Shown: positions 1 through 8,662, counted from the first letter of the stretch. The stretch: 20,196 nt of DNA from a candidate division WWE3 bacterium CSP1-7 (GCA_001443395.1 LDXK01000007.1:1-20196), one strand, 5' to 3'. Numbers and translations: made by a program. The notes: a model not told the origin generated them from the sequence alone.

Positions 1-7
1 TTCGGGA

Positions 8-3000
8 ATGGGCATGGCCGGGCTGGCGGGAAATGAGGGCCTGAGTGCCGCCGAGTCCATTATCGCCCGGGCGTCCAGGGGAGAGCGGGGGTTCTGGAAC
101 CAAGCGAGGGACTGGATTTCTGGCATTCACTTCCCCGGAGACACAGGGGCCTGGGCCAGAAGGATTGAGGTCGGCGCTTCTCAGAGAGGCTACGCATCTG
201 GCTTCCACCGCTTCTTCCGCCAGGGCAGGCGTGCCTTGTTACAAAACCTGGAGGATTTCGCTCCCGATGTGGCCAACAGCATTAGGGCCAGATATGGCGA
301 TGATGCGCTTCGGGCCGCGAACAACGCCATCCGTGGGGCCGGCACGGACGATGATATCCTGCGCGCTCTGGCCTCTACTGACAATATGCATCTGAACCTA
401 GAGAACATCCTAGACTCTGCCAGCCAGCGGTTCGGGGCGCAGATCGACAACATTCTTGATGATTCCTTCACGGCGCGGTGGGGTCCCGAGATTGAGCGGG
501 CCGCAAGGGCGGGCCCAGCCGAGATCGACAATATTGTCGATAGAATGTGGGGAGAAGTACAAGACGAACTAGATAATCGCCTAGACGATAGTCTTCGGAC
601 GCTAACCGAGGAGGCAACAGAGAGGATTGCCGCCGAGGGACCGGGATCTTTCCCGGGTGTTTTTGGTGATGCGGTAGACGAATTCTACGGTTCCTATGTC
701 CAGGGTCACGCAATGACAATGGCCCGCGTCGGCGATCTGACCGACCTAAGACCAGAAGTTGCAAACAGAATGATGGGCGTTCTGCTGGACCGAGAGCAGC
801 GGTTTATGGCCCGCGGCTGGGGCCGCCTAGAGGCAAGGTTTCAGGGCATTGCCAACGGGGTCAGGCGAATGAACGTGCCCGGTGGCGATGAGGTCATGAC
901 CTCGTTCCGACAATGGCGGGATGGCTGGGGACAGTTCTTTGAATGGCGCAACACAACCTGGCGGGAGTTCTTTGATGCCCGCGTGGCGGGACGGGCCCCG
1001 GCGTTGAGCTTTGACGAAATACGCTCAGCGGTGAATCGTCGCTATGATGACGTTGTGGCCATGGAGGCAGAGCGCCTACAAAACATTGATCGGCTGGTCG
1101 GCGGAATGCTTCCGGAGAATATGCGCCCCACATTTGCTGTATATAGGGATAGGGTTGCCGCGCTAAGGGCAGAACGGGCCACCATGATCCGCGAGTGGTT
1201 TGCGCAGGTAGATTCCATCCCCTACGATCAGAGACAGGCTGCCTATGCCGGTTTCTGGCGGCGGATGATGGACAACACCTCGGCCATTTCCGTCGAGGAG
1301 AAGATTGGTTCTCGTGCCGTGGCGGGGAATGCGGAGGCTGCCGCAACTTACCAGGACGACCTGATTGCTGCCAGCGTTCGTTCCGAAGAGGCAGTACGGG
1401 GAGCGCCGCTTTCAACTGCTGAGCAACGGCAGATTGTACTAGATAGACTGGCTCAGTATGGCAGACCTCAAGAGGAAGCCGACCTAGTAATGGGGCGGTT
1501 GCGCCAAGTGGCAAGACCTCCGGAACCGACGGCGGGGCTGGGGGTTCCGATGGATGCCGAGCAGATCGCGGCACAAGCCGGCGTCATGACGGATGCACAG
1601 CGGTCCGCTATTGCGGCTCAAGACCTAACAACAATAGAGCAAATTCGCCCCATTCTGGCAGCGATGCCTCCGGCGCAGCGCCAGGCATGGCTAGTGAGGG
1701 AGAGCGAAAGCAGCCTTGCCATTGGCCTACAAGAGGGATGGATCACCGCCAGGGAGCTAAACGAAACCAGGGCGGGGCACAGACTCAACAATGTCTTTGT
1801 CACTCGGGGCGGGTGGATTAGGTGGGGCTTTGAGGAACTCAACGGAGAGCAGGTTCCCGTTCTGACTTTCATCCGGGGGCGGCGACCCGGTGGATCCGAT
1901 GTTCTACGGTCCTGGATGCGCCATAATGATGTCGCCGGTCACCGCATGTTTCTGACCAACGAACTTCTTGCCGACACCGTAAATGAGGCTGGCGAGACCG
2001 TAACTCGGGGCGACACCTTCTTTAGGAGAATGGTCAGAGAGGGCGCCGTAACGCGGCTCAGGGATCTGCCGCCCGTTTCTGGCGAGCAGAGGATACTGTT
2101 CCGCATGGGCGGAGAGGCACAAGAAGCCGCCCATCTTCCCGACTTCCACGCCTTTGTCCCCCGACAACTCTACATGGACACTGGTATTGATCAGATGTGG
2201 TATCTGAGGGGACAGCATGCTGTAGAGTCTATTCGGGATGCAGCCCTAGACCTACGGGGACGGCCACCGCTCAGGTTTGCCGACCTTGGCGAGGCAGAAC
2301 AGCAAGCATTACGACGATGGATGTCACAGAGCCAGGTGCAGTTGGCCCAGGCCCGTTACATGGGAATGCGGGGCGCAGAGTTCACGCGCGATAGTGCTCT
2401 TCTAAACTACAACCGTCGGCACAACTACAACACCTTCCTCGGGGCAATCATGCCCTATGAGTTCTGGTTTACCGAGTCCGCCCTGAAGTGGGCACTGCAT
2501 TCCATCGACCGCCCAGAAATGCTCATGATCTATCTCAGAATGCAGCGGTTCTTGAACACCGCGTATCGGCCAGAACAGAACCTCCCCGCAAGACTTCGGG
2601 GGCAAATCCGTATCCCCATGCCCTTCCTGCCGAATTGGATGGGCGACAGCATCTTCGTAGATCCGATGCGGTTTGCGCTTCCGCTGGACCAGTTTACCTA
2701 TCCCTTCGAGCAATATCAGCAACAGCAACAGCGCGATGATGGGGCAACAACCAGGGTTCTGGAACAACTGTTGAATGATGGCCAGATTGACCAGGCGGAA
2801 TATCAAGAGGCTCTACAAACCAGACAGGGAACAACATGGGACAGGGCACAGGCATTGGCCAGACAGGATGACGACGAGGAAAGGCTTAGTGCCTTCGATT
2901 TTATGTCCTTGTTCTCCTCGCCGCATGTTCCTCTCCAGTGGGCATACAACGCCGCCAGGGGAACTCCGGAGAGGATAGGCACCCTCCTTCCGCTTACCAG

Positions 3001-4177
3001 AAGCATCCGGGGTGTTACTTCGGCTCTTGGAATTGGCCCAGCGGGCGGGGTGAACATTGAGGGGAACATCCGCAGAGAACTTGGACTTCCCGAGTTTGAC
3101 CGCTGGGACGACTATCGAATTGACCGGATGCTGTCCAACATGGTCGCTACGGGAGAGATCACGCTTCAGCAAGAGCGGGAGGCAATGATATCCCGAGAGG
3201 GTGAAGTGTTTGACCTGGCGGAACATAGAGCGGTACAGGAAATATCTGGCGGTCCAGGTCTTCTGGGCATAGCGAGGTCCGTCTTTGGCATTCCTATTCG
3301 GGCCTATCCACCCGGAGAAGAGCACCTGCGGGAACTGCGAGACGAGTATGCACAAGCCTGGCAAGAGTATGACGGTGGCGACATGCAGGCGGTCAATCGG
3401 TTCTTCGAGTCTCACCCAGAGTACGAGGCCAGAGTAGATTTGGGATACTGGAACAAGCCCGAGGAACGGATACGCCGGTTTGCGGTTGATGAGATTTGGG
3501 ATACCTGGAACTCCCTGCCGCAGTTGCACCAGAATGAGGTATCTGAGCAACTCGGTCCCTTGTTCCAGAACGCGTTCCTGGACAGGAATACCAGAAGTTA
3601 TGAATCCATCCCGAACGAGATGCTGGTTGCTTGGACCAGGGTCATGCGGGGCGATCCGCCCGGGACCCTCTCAACGGGGCCGGGCTGGCAAATTCCCCCG
3701 CTTGATCTAGCCCCCAGGGATGTAGCCTATAGGGCAAATGCATTCTACCAATCCCGTGATGCCTACTTCCCGCAGTGGAGAGACCTCCAGAGCGACTACT
3801 ATCTCCTGGATGAGGGCTCCGCCCGGAGAGAGTATCTGAGAGTCCACCCGCCATATGCGCAGTATCGGGCATGGCGAACGGATTGGTTCATGCGCAATCC
3901 CGATGTTGTTCCCTACCTTACGGACAGGCCGGAGGACTATACCTACCCGAGCGAACAGGCGCTGCGGGAGGCGCAGGCAGGGCAACCATCGCTCCAGCCG
4001 GCAGAGTGGTATCAGGTTTTGGGCCCGAATATCTGGTCTCTCCTGGACGACAACCAAAACGGCGAGGCCCTTCCTGAGGTGGCCCGAAGGAGGCTACAAG
4101 AGATAGCCGACCAATACGGAACCACAGTTGACCACATTCTATCCGACATAGCACAAGGACTTGCACAAACCCAGTAG
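8..4177 (+). CDS. Large internal virion/ejection-type protein (>=1389 aa, probably 5'-truncated)
   Basis: Long ORF whose frame is open back to the window edge (tcg gga atg). Helical-looking R/E/D/A-rich composition, no Cys, adjacent to head genes. Function is inferred from size and position only. Confidence 0.6.
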   Translation: MGMAGLAGNEGLSAAESIIARASRGERGFWNQARDWISGIHFPGDTGAWARRIEVGASQRGYASGFHRFFRQGRRALLQNLEDFAPDVANSIRARYGDDALRAANNAIRGAGTDDDILRALASTDNMHLNLENILDSASQRFGAQIDNILDDSFTARWGPEIERAARAGPAEIDNIVDRMWGEVQDELDNRLDDSLRTLTEEATERIAAEGPGSFPGVFGDAVDEFYGSYVQGHAMTMARVGDLTDLRPEVANRMMGVLLDREQRFMARGWGRLEARFQGIANGVRRMNVPGGDEVMTSFRQWRDGWGQFFEWRNTTWREFFDARVAGRAPALSFDEIRSAVNRRYDDVVAMEAERLQNIDRLVGGMLPENMRPTFAVYRDRVAALRAERATMIREWFAQVDSIPYDQRQAAYAGFWRRMMDNTSAISVEEKIGSRAVAGNAEAAATYQDDLIAASVRSEEAVRGAPLSTAEQRQIVLDRLAQYGRPQEEADLVMGRLRQVARPPEPTAGLGVPMDAEQIAAQAGVMTDAQRSAIAAQDLTTIEQIRPILAAMPPAQRQAWLVRESESSLAIGLQEGWITARELNETRAGHRLNNVFVTRGGWIRWGFEELNGEQVPVLTFIRGRRPGGSDVLRSWMRHNDVAGHRMFLTNELLADTVNEAGETVTRGDTFFRRMVREGAVTRLRDLPPVSGEQRILFRMGGEAQEAAHLPDFHAFVPRQLYMDTGIDQMWYLRGQHAVESIRDAALDLRGRPPLRFADLGEAEQQALRRWMSQSQVQLAQARYMGMRGAEFTRDSALLNYNRRHNYNTFLGAIMPYEFWFTESALKWALHSIDRPEMLMIYLRMQRFLNTAYRPEQNLPARLRGQIRIPMPFLPNWMGDSIFVDPMRFALPLDQFTYPFEQYQQQQQRDDGATTRVLEQLLNDGQIDQAEYQEALQTRQGTTWDRAQALARQDDDEERLSAFDFMSLFSSPHVPLQWAYNAARGTPERIGTLLPLTRSIRGVTSALGIGPAGGVNIEGNIRRELGLPEFDRWDDYRIDRMLSNMVATGEITLQQEREAMISREGEVFDLAEHRAVQEISGGPGLLGIARSVFGIPIRAYPPGEEHLRELRDEYAQAWQEYDGGDMQAVNRFFESHPEYEARVDLGYWNKPEERIRRFAVDEIWDTWNSLPQLHQNEVSEQLGPLFQNAFLDRNTRSYESIPNEMLVAWTRVMRGDPPGTLSTGPGWQIPPLDLAPRDVAYRANAFYQSRDAYFPQWRDLQSDYYLLDEGSARREYLRVHPPYAQYRAWRTDWFMRNPDVVPYLTDRPEDYTYPSEQALREAQAGQPSLQPAEWYQVLGPNIWSLLDDNQNGEALPEVARRRLQEIADQYGTTVDHILSDIAQGLAQTQ

Positions 4178-4189
4178 TTGTGCTAAAAT
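4161..4189 (+). promoter_or_regulatory. Sigma70-like promoter with extended -10 upstream of the head operon
   Basis: TTGCAC (4161-4166), 17-nt spacer, TGcTAAAAT (-10 at 4184-4189). Followed by GGAGG (4199-4203) and ATG 4213. Confidence 0.7.
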
Positions 4190-4212
4190 AGTTGGCATGG
4201 AGGACAAACAGG

Positions 4213-4938
4213 ATGACCGCTAGTGTGCAGGACGCCTTTCCGGTGGTCGAGCCGGAACCGACGGGGCCGCCAGCCCCTGACGTTTCGGGCGGATCAGCGG
4301 ATGCGGGTTCGGCAGCGACCGGCCCAGACGCAAGTTCTCTCGCTAAGGAGTTGGCCGAGGTAAAGGCACGCCTTGAGAGGCTCCCAGACGACATCGACGC
4401 GAGGTTCAAGTCTGCCAAGGACAAGCGCTTCGCCAAGGTCGATGAAATCTATGAGTGGGTCAAGGCTGCGGGGGGGGACCCCAAGAAGATCGAGGACAAG
4501 ATTGAGCGCCAGGCGCTCGTGGACCGATTGGAAGCCCTCGAAAAGCCAACTTCAAGTTCCGTCAGTGCTCCTGGCAGGGCGGCTGATGGGGACGCCGAGA
4601 GTAGAACGGCGAAATTCCTGAATGACCTGAAAGATGAGTCCGGGGTCGAACTAACCGACGAAGAGGTTCACCAGATTTGGGACGGCAAACGCTATACCAA
4701 CTGGGAGGACGCCTTCAAGGATGCCCGCAAGGCCGCTTTCAAGAAGGCCAAGGGCGAGAAGATCGGCGCCGGAGCCGTAGTCTCTGAGTCTGGCGTTGGC
4801 GTAACTTCCGCAACGGAAGATGAGCTGGCGCGAGAGCTGAGGGACATCCAGGAGGGAAGACGCGGAAGCGCCATCTCACCTGAAAACAAGAAACGACGCG
4901 CTGAACTAAAGGCTCAACTCGCCTCGCAGAGGCGATAG
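4213..4938 (+). CDS. Capsid scaffolding protein
   Basis: Upstream of the capsid gene, with a P/A/S-rich disordered N-terminus, charged helical core and basic C-terminal helix (KKRRAELKAQLASQRR). Start set at ATG 4213 because of GGAGG 9 nt upstream. Confidence 0.7.
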   Translation: MTASVQDAFPVVEPEPTGPPAPDVSGGSADAGSAATGPDASSLAKELAEVKARLERLPDDIDARFKSAKDKRFAKVDEIYEWVKAAGGDPKKIEDKIERQALVDRLEALEKPTSSSVSAPGRAADGDAESRTAKFLNDLKDESGVELTDEEVHQIWDGKRYTNWEDAFKDARKAAFKKAKGEKIGAGAVVSESGVGVTSATEDELARELRDIQEGRRGSAISPENKKRRAELKAQLASQRR

Positions 4939-5195
4939 TGCCGCTCGATTGGATGCACCTAGAAGGCGAGGAGAAGGCGCAAGCCATCCTCGATGATATT
5001 GAGGGCCTGGAAGACGCCGAGGTTCAGTCACTCCTAGAGGAGTGGCGCGAACTGGAGGGCTCAGACGACTCTAAGTTGTCTGACCTGACGCGCCTTGCCC
5101 TTGATTTTCTTGCACGCAAGAGTGGTGCCCCAACGAGCCGAGAGCGGGCTAGAGCCAGCCTTCAGCGCCGAGGGGTAATAGAATGGCCTCCTTGA
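4938..5195 (+). CDS. Small hypothetical protein (85 aa) between scaffold and capsid genes
   Basis: GTG start overlaps the scaffold stop (TAGTG), fills the gap and overlaps the capsid start. Acidic N-terminal half and basic C-terminal half. Confidence 0.6.
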   Translation: MPLDWMHLEGEEKAQAILDDIEGLEDAEVQSLLEEWRELEGSDDSKLSDLTRLALDFLARKSGAPTSRERARASLQRRGVIEWPP

Positions 5196-6430
5196 TCCAA
5201 ACGGTTTCCTCGACTGCGGTGGGCGGGCAAAACCTTCCCAATTCAGTCAGGACCCAGTACATTGAGAACTACATCGAAGCTGCCGAGATGGCGCGCGTCT
5301 ACGACCAGATTGCTGCGCCCATTGGCAGAGACATGAGCAACCTTGCTCGTGGTTCCTCGGTGCAGGTTAATGCCCTTTCGGACATGCAGCCTGGCACCTC
5401 GGCAATCTCCGAAGTCTCGGACATCGCCATGCAGGCACTCAGGGACGCGACCCTGAGCATCACCCCCACCAGCCGCGGCGAGGGCATTCAGTGCTCCGAG
5501 CTGCTTCTAAACCAGGCATACACCGACTACGGTGCCCAGCGGTTTGGGATCGTCGGCAAGGGGTTGATGGAAAGCCTTGAGGTTCTGGCCCGCGACGCGG
5601 CCACTCAGGGAAGTCTCGTCATCCGCCAGGGCGTTGCTGCCCGAACCTCACTTCTGGCTTCTGCAACGGGCCACCGGGCGACCGACGGCCTGTTCAGTGA
5701 CGCCTCGACGATGCTGGAAACCCTCAAGTGCCCTGGCTTCAAGGGCATGGGCGGGGGTCGGCGCTGGGTTGCGATCATGCACCCGGCCGCCTTCCATGAC
5801 ATCCGCGAGGACGGAAACGTCCAGAACGTCGGCATCTACCAAGACAAGGGGATCATCCTCAATTATGAGTTGGGGAGCATCGGTCCATTCGCTCTCGTGA
5901 GTTCAGCCTGGGCGAAGGTCTTCGGTGGAGCCGGGGCTCCTTTGACTGATCCGGGTTCAGCGGTGTTCTACACCCTGACCTCCTCGGTCAACGCCCTGGA
6001 CAAGACCTTGGTCCTGTCCACGGTAACACACCTGGACACACCCACCAACAAGTGGCTTACCATCGGCACGCGAGAGACGGGCGATACGTCCTACCCGCTG
6101 AACGATCGGGTGCGCTTTGTGTCTCATGCCGCTGGAGTAGTGACGTTTGTTGGCGAGGCCTCCAACGGCGGGTTGCGCTTTGACCATGCCGCGGCCACCT
6201 GGGTCGGGAATGCCTCAGATGTGTTCCCCATCGTCTTCGGTGGACCGATGTCGCTGGCGAAGGTCTACGAGCCTTCGGTTGGCGAGTACGGCACCATCGT
6301 TGGCCCGAAGCGCGACGGCTCACTGGACCAGTGGGTCACACTCGGCTTCAAGTGGTACGGGAACTACGGCCGGATGAGCGAGAGCTGGCTCATGCGGGCC
6401 GAGGTTGCCTCGAGCGCAAGCGTCGCGTAA
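5183..6430 (+). CDS. Major capsid protein (HK97 fold, N4-gp56-like) with probable insertion domain
   Basis: 415 aa after the scaffold. Motifs GSSVQV, AIMHPAAFHDIR, ELGSIGPF and C-terminal DGSLDQWVTLGFKWYGNYGRMSESWLMRAEVA resemble N4-gp56-family capsid proteins. Confidence 0.85.
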   Translation: MASLIQTVSSTAVGGQNLPNSVRTQYIENYIEAAEMARVYDQIAAPIGRDMSNLARGSSVQVNALSDMQPGTSAISEVSDIAMQALRDATLSITPTSRGEGIQCSELLLNQAYTDYGAQRFGIVGKGLMESLEVLARDAATQGSLVIRQGVAARTSLLASATGHRATDGLFSDASTMLETLKCPGFKGMGGGRRWVAIMHPAAFHDIREDGNVQNVGIYQDKGIILNYELGSIGPFALVSSAWAKVFGGAGAPLTDPGSAVFYTLTSSVNALDKTLVLSTVTHLDTPTNKWLTIGTRETGDTSYPLNDRVRFVSHAAGVVTFVGEASNGGLRFDHAAATWVGNASDVFPIVFGGPMSLAKVYEPSVGEYGTIVGPKRDGSLDQWVTLGFKWYGNYGRMSESWLMRAEVASSASVA

Positions 6431-6436
6431 CATAGT

Positions 6437-6521
6437 CTGGGAGGGTTCTCTTGAGGATCACATCGTGCCCGGCTTTGCAAAATGGGGTGCCCTCCCGGTA
6501 GGCTAGACTAAACCTCTAGCC
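6437..6521 (+). promoter_or_regulatory. Structured intergenic element (two stems) after the capsid gene
   Basis: CTGGGAGGGT (6437-6446) can pair with GCCCTCCCGG (6489-6498) using two G-U pairs. A perfect hairpin GGCTAGA-CTAAACC-TCTAGCC (6501-6521) lies just before the next start. Confidence 0.5.
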
Positions 6522-6533
6522 GGGGAAAAGACA

Positions 6534-6968
6534 ATGGCTGTTGGAACTAGCACGTACAAGGGTCTCGCCGTCCCCCTCAACGGGGAAGTCGAACTCAGAC
6601 AAGACACTGCGGCAACCGACTTCGTCACCCTGAGTGGCGATGCCAGCATCAGTGGGGATTACCTCGTGTGCCGCACCGGATCGACCGAGGTGTTCGTAAT
6701 CAACTCGGCCGGTGCCATCGCTGCGGGCTCAATCACTACCGGAGTAGGCGTGGCTGGACTGCGACTGGATACTCTAAAGTCGCTGAAGTTCTCCGCCCCC
6801 TACACCACGGCTCTGCCCACGACTGGGCTTGCCAAGGGTGAGATGTTCCTGGTGATCGCTTCAGGGACGCCGCAACTCGCCGTCCAAATCGCTGCTGCGA
6901 GCACGGTGAACGTGCTCAGGTACTTCACCGCCAATACGGCAACGTTCGGTCGGGCGAGCGCCTCCTAA
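6534..6968 (+). CDS. Putative capsid decoration/head fibre protein (144 aa)
   Basis: Immediately downstream of the capsid gene; T/A/S/G-rich, beta-strand-like composition. Confidence 0.55.
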   Translation: MAVGTSTYKGLAVPLNGEVELRQDTAATDFVTLSGDASISGDYLVCRTGSTEVFVINSAGAIAAGSITTGVGVAGLRLDTLKSLKFSAPYTTALPTTGLAKGEMFLVIASGTPQLAVQIAAASTVNVLRYFTANTATFGRASAS

Positions 6969-6985
6969 CAACTGAATAGCCTGAA

Positions 6986-7014
6986 GGGCGGGGGCGCTAA
7001 CCTCGCCCCCGCCC
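6986..7014 (+). terminator. Perfect 11-bp GC hairpin without U-tract (partial terminator or mRNA stability element)
   Basis: GGGCGGGGGCG-CTAACCT-CGCCCCCGCCC, abutting the GGAGG (7015-7019) of the glycosyltransferase gene. Confidence 0.5.
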
Positions 7015-7023
7015 GGAGGGATA

Positions 7024-8115
7024 ATGCGAGTTTTTGTCGGCGGAGTATCATCGGAATACGCACATGGGGGTTGCGTAGAATCGTTCCTTACCATCAGATT
7101 GAGGCCCGGAGACGAGCGCAAGTACCAGTGGCGCACGCGCGGAGACATTGCCCGTACCGAACTCTGTGACGAGTTTATGCGTCGCAAGGAGTTCGACGCC
7201 TTCTTCCTGGTGGACGTGGACATGCTGTTCGACCACGACATCCTGGAGAGGATGCGGTCACACGACCTAGATATTGTCAGCGGGCACTACTTCCGCAGGC
7301 GCTTCAACCCAATGATTTCGATTGCCGAGGTTGGGGAGTGGCCCTATGAGCCACTGTACGACATCCCCGATGACGGGCTGATTGAGGTCTCGACCAGCGG
7401 TTTCGGCTGTCTGCTTATCAAGAGGAATGTTCTGGAAGCAGTACAGAAGACGATGGATCCCAAGGAGCCAATCCTGGGAATGGGGCCCCTGCCCGAGATG
7501 ACCAATGGTGATCGAGGCCCGTTTGGAGCAGACTTCGTGTTCTCCGCAAGGGCCAGACAGTCGGGTTACAAGCACTGGGTAGACTGCAATCCCGTGGCGG
7601 AGGCCAGGCACGCAGCGACCGTGTTCTTGGATAGGAAACTGTACAAGAAGGTCCGTGGGTGGCAAGTAGAGAAAGCCGCCGACCACTGGAAGAAAATCTG
7701 GCAACTCAATCTGGAGGTTCATGGAATGGACGCAAAGACCGCCGACGCACGAGTGAAGCAACTTCAGCTAATCCGCAAAGGCTTTGCCGATAGCTTGCGG
7801 GATTTTGAGGATCAGGCGGCGAACCTGCGCACCCGCATTTCCATTGTGGATGGGCAGATTGCCGAACGAGAAATTGACATACAGACAGCGCCACCGGAAC
7901 CAAAGACGCTGACGGCAGAAGACTCTCCGAAGCCGCTACTCCTGGGCAAGTTGCCCGTGTTCAACTCAGAGAAAGAGGCGAAAGCCGCTCTGGCAAACAG
8001 GGGCAAGGGACCAGAGGGGGAGAGCGAAGAAGAGGGTCAACGTCTTCGGGAACCGGTAGCCAAGAAACTCGCACAGGATTTCTTGGGGGCGCTAAAAGAT
8101 GGCTCGGCCTCTTGA
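7024..8115 (+). CDS. GT-A fold (GT2-like) glycosyltransferase with fused C-terminal coiled-coil domain
   Basis: RGDIARTELC, FFLVDVDM (DxD), IVSGHY, SGFGCLLIKRNVLE and GADFVFSARARQSGYKHWVD match the phage GT2-like pattern. The last ~130 aa are charged and helical. Confidence 0.85.
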   Translation: MRVFVGGVSSEYAHGGCVESFLTIRLRPGDERKYQWRTRGDIARTELCDEFMRRKEFDAFFLVDVDMLFDHDILERMRSHDLDIVSGHYFRRRFNPMISIAEVGEWPYEPLYDIPDDGLIEVSTSGFGCLLIKRNVLEAVQKTMDPKEPILGMGPLPEMTNGDRGPFGADFVFSARARQSGYKHWVDCNPVAEARHAATVFLDRKLYKKVRGWQVEKAADHWKKIWQLNLEVHGMDAKTADARVKQLQLIRKGFADSLRDFEDQAANLRTRISIVDGQIAEREIDIQTAPPEPKTLTAEDSPKPLLLGKLPVFNSEKEAKAALANRGKGPEGESEEEGQRLREPVAKKLAQDFLGALKDGSAS

Positions 8116-8662
8116 GGTTATCAGGCATTGTTGCCTGGCAGGGACGAACCTTGAGCGCGCCGACCTGAGGTACATGGACCTCAGGGGAGTGAACTTTACC
8201 AATTCAAACCTGCGTGGGGCAGACCTGTCCCACGCCGACTGTCGGGGAGCGATCTTCGTGAAGGCGGACCTCTCGCGGGCGTGCCTCTACAACACGAACT
8301 GCGAGGATGCAGACTTCAGCAACGCCGACCTCACTATGTCCTACTTGCGGGCCACTAATTTCAACCACGCCACGATGTGGTGGGCATCCCTAAGAAGGGT
8401 GACGGCCAAGAGCGCCTTCTTCCTTGGGGCAGACATGACCGGCGTAGACATGGCTTACGGGTTCTTTCTGGGATCTAGGTTTGGGCCTCCTCTTTGCAAG
8501 GCCGACCAGATGCGGAATGTTGATAAGGCGGTCTTTCACTGGTACTGGGATCCACAGGGGGGCATCCCGTCCTACGATCCCAAAGAGGGATACGTTGATC
8601 TCTGGCACAGCGTCCTAGGGGGCATCTCTCTCCAAGAGAATGCATCTACGAGGCCCAAATGA
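8099..8662 (+). CDS. Pentapeptide repeat protein 1
   Basis: Tandem A(D/N)Lxx repeats (TNLER ADLRY MDLRG VNFTN SNLRG ADLSH ...) and a Trp-rich C-terminal extension. Confidence 0.9.
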   Translation: MARPLEVIRHCCLAGTNLERADLRYMDLRGVNFTNSNLRGADLSHADCRGAIFVKADLSRACLYNTNCEDADFSNADLTMSYLRATNFNHATMWWASLRRVTAKSAFFLGADMTGVDMAYGFFLGSRFGPPLCKADQMRNVDKAVFHWYWDPQGGIPSYDPKEGYVDLWHSVLGGISLQENASTRPK

